Shown here: in pieces, positions 34,033-45,035 of the stretch
Numbering within the stretch: the first letter of the stretch is position 1
Layout: the number at the start of each line of letters is the position of its first letter
Source of the DNA: a virus
Reading direction: 5' to 3' (one strand)
Length of the DNA: 64,000 nucleotides
Virus record (IMG/VR): IMGVR_UViG_3300049995_000120
Coordinates: 1 to 64,000 of that record
Translations under genes and position numbers: made by a program
The notes under the pieces: generated by a model
Database searches by the model: none
The model's input: the letters and a program-made list of their open reading frames with translations, nothing else
What the model was told of the DNA's origin: nothing

Positions 34033-37000
34033 TGGTTCTCCAAGTAACGGGTGTCCAGTTTGTCAATCAAGGTCTTGCTTCAACCCTGCAGGGGTTGACG
34101 CAGTATAACAACACCTTGCTGAAGACCACGCAGACTGTGATTAATTCCACGCGCAATATCAACAATGCCTATTCCGAAGTATCCCAAAAATCCATCAAGA
34201 ATTTCACGGGTATTGGAAAGATTGCCATGGATTTTTCCAATAATATATCTACGGCTCATGGTGGGCTATTGCGATTCACGGGCGGCCTAAAAAACTTGAT
34301 CCTGGTGATGTCAGGTTTTATCCTGCTGAAGCGTGTTATCAATGATATTTTTGACACGCTGAAAAATTTGTGGGGGACAATGGTAGAAGGCGCGAGCATG
34401 ACCCAGTTGCTCACGATTCGTTTCCAGAACCTGACAGCGATCAGTATTCAAAATACACAGGGTATCCAAGATTACGCCACCGCGCTTCGTATGGCTAAAG
34501 GACCAGCGCAGGATTTATTGGACTGGGTGAACGTGATGGCTTCCAAAACCGTGTTTAGCCGTGACGCAGTGGCCGATGTTGTTGGCCTGGGTATGGCCTT
34601 TGATTTGACGGCAGAGCAATCCCAAACTCTGGCGAAAGCTATGATTGACTGGGCATCTGGTATGGGTTTGCAGGGCGATGCTTTACAGCGCATGATCGTG
34701 AACTTCGGTCAGATGATGCGGATGGGGAAGATCACACAGCGCGAGTTGCGCGACCTAGCCATTGGCGGTTTGTTCCCGGTCAATGAAGCCCTGCGCCGGA
34801 TTGGAGAATCTGCCGGCATGTCGGGCGATGAACTCAAGGGTTTCATGCAGAAAACCGCCACATCCGGTATGCCTGTCAATGCCCTGCTCAAAGAGTTTGT
34901 GGAGATTGCGGAAGAGCGCTTCCCGAATGCTGGTGAACGAATGGCGCAAACCTGGGCCGGCGTTACCCAAAACATTAAAGACTTTGTAACCACCATTCTT
35001 GGTGCAGCCCTGCTAGGCCCCACCATGAACAAAATCGTCAAGTCCTTATCCGATTTGTTGAATAGGGCTTTGTCACCATCTGTGCGCGGAACAGCCACCG
35101 TTATTGGCGAAGTTCTGGCGGAAAGTCTGGATAAGGTAGTTCACAATCTAAAAATATTTATATCGGTTATTGGTGATCTCTTAAAGTCTTTCGGTATTGT
35201 ATTCCCTTCCGTCAACCAGATCGTAGCAGCCTTTCAGGTTCTTACAAACAATATTTCGTGGGGGTTGCGCGAAGCATCGACCGCAATCAGAGATTGGATT
35301 GACACATCAGGCAATACAATGGCGGAAGGGGCCAGCAAGTTTCTGAAATGGGGCATCAACCTAGTCTATCAGTTTTCAGTGGGTCTTATTCAAGGAGCGA
35401 CAACTTTCCTCGCCGCGGCCATGAACGTGATAGCGTTCATCCTTTCGCTTTTCTTGGGTCCCGGTTCTCCGCCGCGTGTTGCTCCAAAGATCGATATATG
35501 GGGCAAGTCGGCCATGAATGAATTCCTGAAGGGCATGACCAAGGCTGACTTTGATATCTTGAAAGACCTGCAAGGGCCAATCCAATCCGCCCTCAATGTA
35601 ATGGCTGCGCTAGGTATGATTGCCAAAGAATCGGTGGGGAAAATATTTGCGGATGTATCCAGGCAGATCATCCTTGCCATGCACCAACTCGAAACGACAG
35701 GTAAAGTCAGTGAAGCAGTGTTCAGGTCCATCCGTAAGGCCGGCGGGGAATTAGGGGACGAATTGGAAGAACTGGCGCGCCGCCAGTTCGCGTTACTCGC
35801 CGCCATGAAAGAAGTAGAGAAAGCGCAGAAGGCTCTCACGGATGCCAAAAAGGCTGATGAATTAGCCAGCAATAAGGTGGATGAGTTAACCAAACAATAT
35901 CGCGCCCTGGTGGAGGCTGGCGCGAGTAAAGATATCCTGGACGCCAAGCGCGAGGAAATCAAGGCGGCGATGGATCAGCATGACCTCACCAAAGAGGCCG
36001 TATCGGATGCGCAAGACCGCGTTGATTCTGCGAATGAAGCACTTGACCCTTTGAAGGAAGCCGTCGATCTGCAGGAGCAGATGGTACAGCAGATGATTGC
36101 GCTGGCGCAGGCGCAGGTAGACGCAACCAAGGCTGGTAGTGAAGGTGCCGCTGGTTTTGCCAGCGCACTTGGCGATGCTCTGGCTGATTTTGATGATGAT
36201 ATGTGGGCCACCCGTATCAAAATGCAAATGCACCAACATGGTATGCAAAGAGAACTAGAGGGCATGGTTACGAATATGCAGACCAAGTTGTCAGAGATGT
36301 GGAAACCCATTTCAGAAAAGTGGTCAAAAGATGTCCAGCCGGCGATTGATAATTTAACCAAGTCTTTTGAGAAATTGTCTAAAGTTATTGATGGTATTGT
36401 ATCACCACTTACAGGCAAGGAAGGTGGCACAGATACTTTTGCAAAAAATCTCGGAAAAATTGTTGGTTATATAATTGGTCTTAGAATTATTATTGGGATA
36501 GGTACTTGGTTGTTCAGTCCTTTTGCTATTCTAGCCAAATGGCTGGGAAGCATTGCCGGGACTTTATTGGGCGTAAAAGTAACACTTGGCGGAATTTTAG
36601 CATTCTTCGGCACTATTGGGGGTCTGTTAACAGGTATCGGGGTAGGGCTTATATTAATTTACTTGCTGCGAGATCGAGTAAAAATGGTAATGGCCTCTTT
36701 GGGGAATTTAATTATGACCTTTTTCGTCTGGCTTTTTAATTATGGCATACCAGAACTCGTAAGATTTGCTAACCTAGTATTAGATTATATCTCCGATACC
36801 TTCTTGCCACAGGTTTTGGGCGCTATCACTTCTTGGATTACAGGAGAAAATGGTCTTATTGTACAGTTAGTAAAATTGGGTGTGTCAGTGGGGATTGCTT
36901 TTGCCAAGGCGATTTTACAAGGCATCACAAATGTTTTGGGGTTAGCCAATCTTGGTTCACTATTGCCAGATATTGATATTGATCTGACAGGCATAGTCAA

Positions 37001-37304
37001 TGATATCTTCGCTGATATTTTCGGTGGAGGCAAGGCAACTGGCGGATTGATAACACAAAAAGGTCTCTATGCCATGGCTGAACGAGGCCCCGAAATGGTA
37101 ATCCCCGCCGGCCTTACATCCTCCTTCCTGAAAGCGGCCCACGCCATGACTTCATATAACCGCCAGCCCGTCAGCGCGCGCCCGATCTTTGCGGGTACTA
37201 ATAACAATTCCTCAAACCGCAACTACAATCTTTCCATGACCACCATGAAGTCTAGCGGGAACGTGGCCAGAGATTTCGCAATTATGGAGACACTCGCCGG
37301 ATGA
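34032..37304 (+). CDS. tape measure protein
   Basis: 1090 aa; GQMMRMGKITQRELRDL tape-measure domain, coiled coil, hydrophobic helices, ATGG..ERGPE C-terminus. Confidence 0.9.
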   Translation: MVLQVTGVQFVNQGLASTLQGLTQYNNTLLKTTQTVINSTRNINNAYSEVSQKSIKNFTGIGKIAMDFSNNISTAHGGLLRFTGGLKNLILVMSGFILLKRVINDIFDTLKNLWGTMVEGASMTQLLTIRFQNLTAISIQNTQGIQDYATALRMAKGPAQDLLDWVNVMASKTVFSRDAVADVVGLGMAFDLTAEQSQTLAKAMIDWASGMGLQGDALQRMIVNFGQMMRMGKITQRELRDLAIGGLFPVNEALRRIGESAGMSGDELKGFMQKTATSGMPVNALLKEFVEIAEERFPNAGERMAQTWAGVTQNIKDFVTTILGAALLGPTMNKIVKSLSDLLNRALSPSVRGTATVIGEVLAESLDKVVHNLKIFISVIGDLLKSFGIVFPSVNQIVAAFQVLTNNISWGLREASTAIRDWIDTSGNTMAEGASKFLKWGINLVYQFSVGLIQGATTFLAAAMNVIAFILSLFLGPGSPPRVAPKIDIWGKSAMNEFLKGMTKADFDILKDLQGPIQSALNVMAALGMIAKESVGKIFADVSRQIILAMHQLETTGKVSEAVFRSIRKAGGELGDELEELARRQFALLAAMKEVEKAQKALTDAKKADELASNKVDELTKQYRALVEAGASKDILDAKREEIKAAMDQHDLTKEAVSDAQDRVDSANEALDPLKEAVDLQEQMVQQMIALAQAQVDATKAGSEGAAGFASALGDALADFDDDMWATRIKMQMHQHGMQRELEGMVTNMQTKLSEMWKPISEKWSKDVQPAIDNLTKSFEKLSKVIDGIVSPLTGKEGGTDTFAKNLGKIVGYIIGLRIIIGIGTWLFSPFAILAKWLGSIAGTLLGVKVTLGGILAFFGTIGGLLTGIGVGLILIYLLRDRVKMVMASLGNLIMTFFVWLFNYGIPELVRFANLVLDYISDTFLPQVLGAITSWITGENGLIVQLVKLGVSVGIAFAKAILQGITNVLGLANLGSLLPDIDIDLTGIVNDIFADIFGGGKATGGLITQKGLYAMAERGPEMVIPAGLTSSFLKAAHAMTSYNRQPVSARPIFAGTNNNSSNRNYNLSMTTMKSSGNVARDFAIMETLAG

Positions 37305-39874
37305 GCAAACTTGTTCGCCGTTTTACCTATCATACTGTTCCAGAAGTGGCCGCTGGATATATTCTCGATCCGACAGCAGGTTATTTCAGCATCATCGTTC
37401 CAGAAGAAAGAACCAACTACGTCTGGAATCCTAGTTTTGAAACCAACGATGATCAATGGTCTGCTTCAGGGGCCAGCGCCTTTGCGCGGGTCTCAACTTA
37501 TGCGCGTCGGGGTTTATATAGTCTGCAATGTACGCCTACCGCCGCCCTCACTGATGGTATAGGCTATTCCGATCCTGGTCTGGGTGGTCTTCCCGCAGGT
37601 TACTTTTCCTATAGTATAGACCTGTGGGCTTACCCCGGCGTCCCAATGATTTTTGAGGCGACCACTGGTGGAGTTACCCGATCTGTAATTACTGTAGGCA
37701 AGGGGCGATGGGAAAGAATAGGGGGCGTCCATCACGCAGCCCTGGCTGGTGGAGCCTCACTCACCATCCGCAAGAATAATTCCTGGTCTACTTATCCTTT
37801 CTATGTGGACGGCGCACAGATTGAATCGGGACTCTATCCCACTACCTATATTGATGGCGACCAGGTGGGTTATAAACAAGGACTCTTAGATTATTTCTGG
37901 CTTGGAAACCCACATGACAGTTTCAGCAAGCGTACAGCCAACTGCCGTTCAGGGGGTAAAGTCGTGCCGCTTAAAGACCTGGGATTGGAAGTGATGAGCT
38001 TTACAGGCTTGGGAATGGCAGGCGTTGAAAATGACATCATGGATTTCGGCACCTTGGATGGCGGCGAATATCACGACACCCATATGCCTACGCGCCAGTT
38101 CACGATCACGGGTGCAATCTTCGGTAAACTGCATGGGAAGATACAACAGAAGCGGAAAGATATCATTGATGTACTCAAACCCGATTTGGTTATTCCCAAA
38201 CAGGCTATGGTCTTGCGCTATGAATTTGGCAGGGGCTGTGAGAAAGATGGTCTTGTTCTGGAACTACCCTCAGTATATGTAGAAGGAATGGGGGGGCAGT
38301 TTGACAACTTCCACCAGGAACGCATCGCACTAACCTTCAATGCCCCCTGGCCATACTTATTGGAAGACGGCTATGAGGGGAAGATCATTGATGACCTGGA
38401 CTCCACAGATGACGATGCCTGGTCTTTCCGAGATACAGGTGGTCAGTGGCACAACTACGCACATGCTACCAGCGGTGGAGGAGCCGCCAAAATCTATGAC
38501 ATCCTGCAGTCTGACCATTGGGGCGGACTCTTCTTTGCAGGAGATTTCGATACATTCGCGGGAGTCGCAAGCCAGAGATTGGCCTTTATGGATCTGGGGA
38601 CACGCGCCATCACACAGTTTAACCCATGGGCAGATGGTACTATTTTGGTTCTGCATGAATCGCCGCGCGGTTATCTATATATGGGCGGGGAATTTGATAA
38701 CATTATTGGCGCAAAACCTCACCTGGCCTATATGGATGCGGTTGGCGCAATTCAAGATTTGGCCGGCGGGGCTGATGACACAGTTCGGGCTATTGCAACC
38801 ACCTATAACAACGATGTTTATATAGGAGGCGATTTCGCCAATGTGGGAACAGGTGGTGGCGCAATTGTAGCCGCTTTTATCGCCATGTATGATGATGACG
38901 CCGCGGTGTGGGTCAATATAACGCCTGCCGGCGCGTGTGATGGCATAGTCAGGAAAATCCTGGTCGGCGCAGATGGAAAGATTTATGTGGGCGGTCATTT
39001 TTCTAATATTGATACCGTACCTTGTTCGCGCGTGGCGGTATACGATCCTGTTACGGGGGTATGGGATAATCTGGGAGATGGACTCACAGGCGGGAACGTA
39101 TCGGATATGTGCTTTGGCGCGGATGGTCGTCTGTATGCCGTGGGTTCATTTACGGGACCGCCAGCCTATTTTGCTGTATTCAACGGCGCGAATTGGGAGC
39201 AATTAGGGTCAGGAATTCAAACAACGATTATCGGCACCACGGCTATTTACAAAATTTGTCGTGGCCCAGACGGGAAACTGTGGTTGGCAGGAGATTTCGC
39301 CATAAAAGGCCCGTTCCAGAATGCCAATTTTGAATATTGTTCCTGGGATGGTTCTACCTTTGGCTACCTAGACGCGCAACCGCCAGGTCAGGCAGATGGT
39401 CAAGCCTGCGATGGTCTGGATATCTGCGTCACGAATGGCAATGAAATCGCCGTCAGTTTTGATTACGGAACTGCAACACCTGGTGCTCGTTTCTACTGTG
39501 GTCAGGCGCAGACCTTTACCAATAACGGCAGTTCAATTGCGCATCCTACTCTGGTTTGCCAGATCACAGGTGGGCAGTATGGGTATATGTACATCCGAAA
39601 TGTCACTACAGGAGACGAATTGCGCTTCGCCATGCTCATGGATGATGGGGGTAGGTTCTGGGTAGACATGACTCCCGGCAAGATTCGCTCCTGGTCTAAC
39701 TACCGCCCCGTGGAACAGACGCTATTTGATGGCTCAGATTTAGCCACGTTCAAATTAGCACCTGGCGCGAACAGGATTGTAGTGTTCTCACACCGCTCTG
39801 AGGCCGGGGCGGTGGCAGAGACGGGTATGTACTGGCGGAAAAACTATTGGAGCGCGGATAGCGGGGTGGCCTGA
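37301..39874 (+). CDS. distal tail protein with CBM and beta-propeller insertions
   Basis: NYVWNPSFE CBM; RQFTITG..APWPY..NNGS..LAPGANRI Dit-like frame; repeated YMGGEF/YIGGDF/YVGGHF blades. Confidence 0.7.
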   Translation: MSKLVRRFTYHTVPEVAAGYILDPTAGYFSIIVPEERTNYVWNPSFETNDDQWSASGASAFARVSTYARRGLYSLQCTPTAALTDGIGYSDPGLGGLPAGYFSYSIDLWAYPGVPMIFEATTGGVTRSVITVGKGRWERIGGVHHAALAGGASLTIRKNNSWSTYPFYVDGAQIESGLYPTTYIDGDQVGYKQGLLDYFWLGNPHDSFSKRTANCRSGGKVVPLKDLGLEVMSFTGLGMAGVENDIMDFGTLDGGEYHDTHMPTRQFTITGAIFGKLHGKIQQKRKDIIDVLKPDLVIPKQAMVLRYEFGRGCEKDGLVLELPSVYVEGMGGQFDNFHQERIALTFNAPWPYLLEDGYEGKIIDDLDSTDDDAWSFRDTGGQWHNYAHATSGGGAAKIYDILQSDHWGGLFFAGDFDTFAGVASQRLAFMDLGTRAITQFNPWADGTILVLHESPRGYLYMGGEFDNIIGAKPHLAYMDAVGAIQDLAGGADDTVRAIATTYNNDVYIGGDFANVGTGGGAIVAAFIAMYDDDAAVWVNITPAGACDGIVRKILVGADGKIYVGGHFSNIDTVPCSRVAVYDPVTGVWDNLGDGLTGGNVSDMCFGADGRLYAVGSFTGPPAYFAVFNGANWEQLGSGIQTTIIGTTAIYKICRGPDGKLWLAGDFAIKGPFQNANFEYCSWDGSTFGYLDAQPPGQADGQACDGLDICVTNGNEIAVSFDYGTATPGARFYCGQAQTFTNNGSSIAHPTLVCQITGGQYGYMYIRNVTTGDELRFAMLMDDGGRFWVDMTPGKIRSWSNYRPVEQTLFDGSDLATFKLAPGANRIVVFSHRSEAGAVAETGMYWRKNYWSADSGVA

Positions 39875-40977
39875 TGACCACAGAGTATGAATTAACTCTA
39901 TATGACCCGCGCGGTACTGCTATTACCAAACAACTGACCGCATTTTCATCTCTGGAATACACGCGCAAGATCAACGAGGTTGGATCTTTAGTTCTAAAAC
40001 TCCCATCTCAGTTTCCTTTGTGGTGGTTCGGGCGTGATTATCGCATTGAGGTCTGGCGCTCCATTGATGGACGCCCTGCCTACCTTGACGGGGATACACA
40101 GTGGTTGATCCGCAAGATCAATATCTCACGCGAGGGCGGAGATCGCGTCCTGAATGTCACGGCATATGACCTGAACCATCTCCTGAAACGGCGTATCGTG
40201 GCCTATGATGCAAAATCAGTATATGCCGATAAATCCGATTACGCCGATGACATGATGAAAGAAATCTTCTCTGAGAATTTTGGGATTGGTTGTATTGATG
40301 CTCTTCGCGATTGGAGCGAGTGGATTTCCATTCAACCCGATTTTGGCCTCGCCATGCCGATCGAGAAAGAGTTCGCGCGCCGCACGGTGTTCAACATCTT
40401 CCAGGAAATGGCGGAATATAGTTACCAAAACGGTATCTATCTGGCTTTTGACATCGTGCGATTGACCAGCAGTATGGTAGAGTTTCGCACTTATGTCAAC
40501 CAGCGCGGGGTCGATCATAGTAAGGGCAGCCTATCTCCGCTTCTCTTCGGGGCAAAGTATGGCAACCTTACCAATGACGACTATCTGGATGATAGTAGCG
40601 AGGAAGCCACCTTCATATATGCTGGTGGCAAGGGCGAGGATGCAGCACGAGTGGTGGAAGACGCACAAGATGACGCGCGCATAGGGGTTTCTCCCTTCGG
40701 GCGGATTGAATATTTCATCGATGCGCGCGAGACGGATGTAGCGGCAGACGTAAAGGACGAAGCCGAAGCCGAACTGCGCAAGCGCGTTCCCAAGCGAATC
40801 ATCTCTGGCAAGGTCGCAGATATAGATGGTTGTCGATATGGTCTGCATTATAAAATGGGGGATAAGGTCACGGTGGAAACCGATGAGGTATCCATGGATG
40901 CGTATATTGATTCTGCACACGTCACGGTTTCTGGTAGTACGGAAACCATTGATGTTGGACTGGAGGCAACATGGTAA
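39874..40977 (+). CDS. baseplate hub / Gp37-like minor tail protein
   Basis: Follows Dit; YAGGKGE..R, FGRIEYFID, YGLHYKMGD motifs. Confidence 0.7.
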   Translation: MTTEYELTLYDPRGTAITKQLTAFSSLEYTRKINEVGSLVLKLPSQFPLWWFGRDYRIEVWRSIDGRPAYLDGDTQWLIRKINISREGGDRVLNVTAYDLNHLLKRRIVAYDAKSVYADKSDYADDMMKEIFSENFGIGCIDALRDWSEWISIQPDFGLAMPIEKEFARRTVFNIFQEMAEYSYQNGIYLAFDIVRLTSSMVEFRTYVNQRGVDHSKGSLSPLLFGAKYGNLTNDDYLDDSSEEATFIYAGGKGEDAARVVEDAQDDARIGVSPFGRIEYFIDARETDVAADVKDEAEAELRKRVPKRIISGKVADIDGCRYGLHYKMGDKVTVETDEVSMDAYIDSAHVTVSGSTETIDVGLEATW

Positions 40978-43154
40978 ATCATTTCGATCCTGTCCAATTC
41001 AATTTGCTCCAGCGCCAGAAAACCTTGGAAAAAGAACTGGACCGCACGAAAGTCATTGAATACCCAACGGGCGGTGGCGGCGGCGCGCACGCGCTTCTTT
41101 CCGCCACCCATACCGATACCGTAGCAGCCACCCCTCCTGGACGCGGTAGTCTCGTTGTGGGTAGCGCCGCCAATCTGTGGGCAGAGTTCCCGCTGACTGG
41201 CTTTGGCGGGTATATCCTGACGCGCACCCCCACCGATCCTTCCTGGAGCAATATCATCCAGATCAGCAACGATGCACGGATCGGGTTGATCATCAAGGCC
41301 AACAGCGCTACCCAAACCGCCAATCTACAGGAGTGGCAGTCTAGCGCGGGTGCTTTATATACCGCCGTTGACCATATCGGCAACATAGTATTTCTTAATA
41401 CGCTACACAGCCTTGAGTCGGGGATTATTTATAAAAATGCAGAACTATGGTGCCATGATTTCAACTACGGAAATAACGGCACTGTAACCACAGTCGGCTA
41501 TAACACATTCTTGGGAACAGACGCCGGTAATCTCACTTCGGGTGCAACAGCTACAGCGGCAAATGAAAGTTCTTATAATACCGGTATAGGTCATAGAGCT
41601 TTATATGTTAATACAACTGGCTATCGAAACACAGGCGTTGGTTGTTTTGCCCTGCGTTATCATACTGGCGGTTATCGCAACGTGGCGGTTGGATCATATG
41701 CTCTCCTGGCGAGTAACACAGGCAATTATAACGTTGGTATAGGCGATAATGTAGGCATCAGCAACACAAGTGGCTCTTATAATACTTTTGTGGGTCAGGA
41801 AGCTGCTTACAACAACACTACTGGAGCACACAATATCGCTATCGGTCGCCATGCCTTACATGACAATGACACAGGCGGCACTAATATAGCTATCGGGAAT
41901 TATTCCTTATTTAGTCCCGATACTCCTTCTAATAATATTGCTATCGGCTATGACGCCATGACCCTGCTTAATAACACCGGCGAATATAATATTGCAATTG
42001 GTCGCGCCTCGCTTACGAAAGGAATAAGACACAATGTTATAGTTGGCCATCACGCTCATATAAACGGCAATATGGGCGAGTACAACTGCGCGTTAGGCAA
42101 CTATACCCTGAACCAAAATACTTCCGGGACCCTGCTCGTCGCCGGCGGATACGAAACCCTATATGCGAATGTGTCTGGAAACTACAATACGGCTTATGGT
42201 TCTTATGCCATGCGATCAAATACCGCTGGTCACTATAACACTGCGGTGGGTTATGAGGCATTATATAGTGCTGTGCCAACTGGTTTAATCATCACAGCAT
42301 TCTCGGACTATAGCGCTACCGTACCAGGTACAGTGCGCGCCACATCGACTGGTCATGGACTTCCGCCTGGAATTACAAACGGCGTTGAGATTTCAGGAAC
42401 CGGCGGTCTTTATGACGGCGTTTATTCTGTAACACAAATCGACGCAGATCATTTCTATTTCACCCATGCTTGGGCAGGTGCGACTGGGGGTTGGTGGAGT
42501 TTTCATGTGGAAGGGCAATCCAATACAGCCTGCGGTGCTCTGGCAGGCCGTAGTATTACGACTGGCTCTTCTAATTCTTTCTTGGGCGATAGCGCCGGCT
42601 ACCATGCCTCCCAAAAAGTTGATGCCTACAACTCTATGGCATTGGGTTTCGGTGCGTATACCACCGCCGACAATCAAGTCGTTATTGGAAATGGCTCTAT
42701 AACACAAGTTGTCCTAAATGGCGGAGCGATTATCAACGATCAGGCATTTGACGCAGACACCCGTATCGAAGGTAATTCTTTAACTCACATGCTATTCCTG
42801 GATGCTTCAGCGGCAACCGAGAATATAGCTTTGGTAACTACAGGTGCGCCAAACTGGCAGACCATGGATAGAGGCTTGTTCCTGGGTGACGCCAGCACCG
42901 TTCCTACAGGAAATCCCGCCGCCGGCGTATTTATTTATTCAGAAGCAGGAGCAGCAAAATGCCGGGGCGGCGGCGGCACGATCTCCACCTTTGGTCCCAG
43001 TGAACCTCACTGTCCTGTATGCGGGTTTGACTATATGCTGGAGTGGGAAAACGAAACGTTTGGCTATCTCGCCGTCTGCATCAATTGTCTGAGTAAAGAG
43101 TTGGGTGATAGGAAATGGATCTTGCGGGAGAAGGTAGGCCGACATGGCAACTAA
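40971..43154 (+). CDS. tail fibre / receptor-binding protein
   Basis: Many N(T/I)A(V/I)G..AL..NT.G repeats; C-terminal CPVC...CINC. Confidence 0.75.
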   Translation: MVNHFDPVQFNLLQRQKTLEKELDRTKVIEYPTGGGGGAHALLSATHTDTVAATPPGRGSLVVGSAANLWAEFPLTGFGGYILTRTPTDPSWSNIIQISNDARIGLIIKANSATQTANLQEWQSSAGALYTAVDHIGNIVFLNTLHSLESGIIYKNAELWCHDFNYGNNGTVTTVGYNTFLGTDAGNLTSGATATAANESSYNTGIGHRALYVNTTGYRNTGVGCFALRYHTGGYRNVAVGSYALLASNTGNYNVGIGDNVGISNTSGSYNTFVGQEAAYNNTTGAHNIAIGRHALHDNDTGGTNIAIGNYSLFSPDTPSNNIAIGYDAMTLLNNTGEYNIAIGRASLTKGIRHNVIVGHHAHINGNMGEYNCALGNYTLNQNTSGTLLVAGGYETLYANVSGNYNTAYGSYAMRSNTAGHYNTAVGYEALYSAVPTGLIITAFSDYSATVPGTVRATSTGHGLPPGITNGVEISGTGGLYDGVYSVTQIDADHFYFTHAWAGATGGWWSFHVEGQSNTACGALAGRSITTGSSNSFLGDSAGYHASQKVDAYNSMALGFGAYTTADNQVVIGNGSITQVVLNGGAIINDQAFDADTRIEGNSLTHMLFLDASAATENIALVTTGAPNWQTMDRGLFLGDASTVPTGNPAAGVFIYSEAGAAKCRGGGGTISTFGPSEPHCPVCGFDYMLEWENETFGYLAVCINCLSKELGDRKWILREKVGRHGN

Positions 43155-43677
43155 ATATCATTTATATATTGAGGCTATATTCAATTCTGAGCGCACGATT
43201 CCATGTTCTATATTTTGTGATCTGGATAGCGAGAAGCCCACTACTGGCTTAATTCCAGGTGACAGGATTTTTTGCAAAGACACAGGAAAATTTTATAAAG
43301 CCATATCTTCTACGAACTTGGTGGAAATTGGCGGGGGTGGAGGATCTCCTTATTGGGGCAATATACTTGGCGCAATTACCGACCAGACGGATTTAATAGC
43401 CGAATTTGATGAAAAAGCCAACGCCACACATGCTCACATTGAAACCGATGTTACGAATCTGGTGAACGATCTGGCAGGCAAAGAGGCTGCCAATGCAAAT
43501 ATTCAAACGCACATCACCAGCCCCCATGCTCCGAGCAACGCGCAGAAAAACAGCGATATTACAACACAGGAGATTCAAGCCAAACTCACGGGCGAGATCA
43601 ACACTCACACACATCCGGGCGGCGGGGGCGGGTTATCGCACGGACAAGTGATGTCGAGAATCTTCATAGGAGGATGA
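43144..43677 (+). CDS. putative tail fibre-associated protein
   Basis: WGNILGAITDQTDL and HAH/HTH metal-trimer motifs. Confidence 0.55.
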   Translation: MATKYHLYIEAIFNSERTIPCSIFCDLDSEKPTTGLIPGDRIFCKDTGKFYKAISSTNLVEIGGGGGSPYWGNILGAITDQTDLIAEFDEKANATHAHIETDVTNLVNDLAGKEAANANIQTHITSPHAPSNAQKNSDITTQEIQAKLTGEINTHTHPGGGGGLSHGQVMSRIFIGG

Positions 43678-43681
43678 GTCC

Positions 43682-44581
43682 ATGTTTTTAGATTCTGTAA
43701 CCAAAAGTTTTGAGGTTTATCTAGGCGGCGCTGTCGCCGCTAATCAACTACCAATTTACGCCAGTTATGTAGATCATACAGCCAGTGCAGCGACACCTGG
43801 AGCAAGCGATACTCAGACCAATGGCGTAACGGCGGTAACGGCAGTAGCGGCTCCGGCGGCATCCACCCAACGCCAGGTCAAGATGTTGAGCATCTACAAT
43901 GCCGATACCGCCGCCGTTACCATCTATTTTAGGCTGAATAACAACAGCACCTATCGAATTCTACGGAAATGTACTTTGGCACCTGGAGAAACTTGGGTTT
44001 ATACACCAGAAACAGGATTTAAAGTATTAGATATTTTGGGGATGGAAAAAATAGGTGGTTCACTGGTAAGAATGGCTCCCCTGTTGGGGTACTCCACCAA
44101 AGATGCGGCTAACCTAACTGCAGTAACCGCCTTGGCGACTGGCGTATGTCATGCGTATTATTTAGGCGTGGCCCCGTTTGCAACCAGCGCAATCAATTTA
44201 CTCGTCAATGTCACTACCGCCTTGGTGACAATCACATGGGCCGAAACAGCTATCTATAAAGGAACTCCAGCACTCAATGGCGCTTGCCCTGACCTCACGC
44301 GCTTAGGATATGCAGATGTAAGCGCAGTTTATAACAGCACAGGGCGCAAGAACACCACCATTAATCTTACCGTGCCGGCTAATCCTGGCGATAACCTGTG
44401 GGTATTAATTGGCGCAGCCGCTACAACCATGTGCCAAATCCGCGGGGCACTGGCTGACGACTTGCAGTGTGGAATAATCAACACACTAACGGCGCGTCCA
44501 TCGCTCACCCCAGGTCCTGTTGCCGGCACACTGGCCGGCGCTACCGTTGTGCCAGGTTGGGTTGTGGTTAAGTTGAATTGA
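43682..44581 (+). CDS. putative minor tail protein
   Basis: Ala/Thr-rich beta protein in the tail operon; GGAGG SD. Confidence 0.6.
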   Translation: MFLDSVTKSFEVYLGGAVAANQLPIYASYVDHTASAATPGASDTQTNGVTAVTAVAAPAASTQRQVKMLSIYNADTAAVTIYFRLNNNSTYRILRKCTLAPGETWVYTPETGFKVLDILGMEKIGGSLVRMAPLLGYSTKDAANLTAVTALATGVCHAYYLGVAPFATSAINLLVNVTTALVTITWAETAIYKGTPALNGACPDLTRLGYADVSAVYNSTGRKNTTINLTVPANPGDNLWVLIGAAATTMCQIRGALADDLQCGIINTLTARPSLTPGPVAGTLAGATVVPGWVVVKLN

Positions 44582-44615
44582 ACCTTATGATATAATAGGA
44601 TAGAAAGGAGCACCT

Positions 44616-45035
44616 ATGGAACTCACACTCAGAGAAATCGTAAGCGCCGGCGAAGCCATCGGAAAGATGGCACAGAAAAAGAACTTGAAGCCGAAAGTTT
44701 TTTACTGGCTGACGGTGACACAGCGCAAACTGCAGAATAGTCTGGATGCCTTCCAGCAGTCCCGCATGATGACCTTGTATAAGTACGCTAATCCTGTAGA
44801 AAAGACGGACAACTTTGAATTCAAAGACAAAGAGGCGCGCAAAAAGTTCAATGAAGAGATGGACGAGTTTATGAAGCAAACAGAGAGCCACGAGATCAAC
44901 AATATCTTGTTCTCTGTTTTATACTGCGATCCCTCTCTTGAACTGACCCCGGCCCTGGTGACTATGCTTGGACCTTTAATAGTGATGGACGATTTACCAG
45001 ACGGTGAAAAGGCCGGTTTGAATGAACCAAAGTAA
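44616..45035 (+). CDS. hypothetical protein
   Basis: AAGGAG SD and upstream TGaTATAAT. Confidence 0.6.
   Translation: MELTLREIVSAGEAIGKMAQKKNLKPKVFYWLTVTQRKLQNSLDAFQQSRMMTLYKYANPVEKTDNFEFKDKEARKKFNEEMDEFMKQTESHEINNILFSVLYCDPSLELTPALVTMLGPLIVMDDLPDGEKAGLNEPK

Noticed and set aside
36340-37020. AT-richer block in the tape measure gene as a foreign insertion
   Set aside because: It coincides with the Ile/Leu/Phe-rich hydrophobic segment and the frame is uninterrupted, so amino-acid composition may account for much of it.
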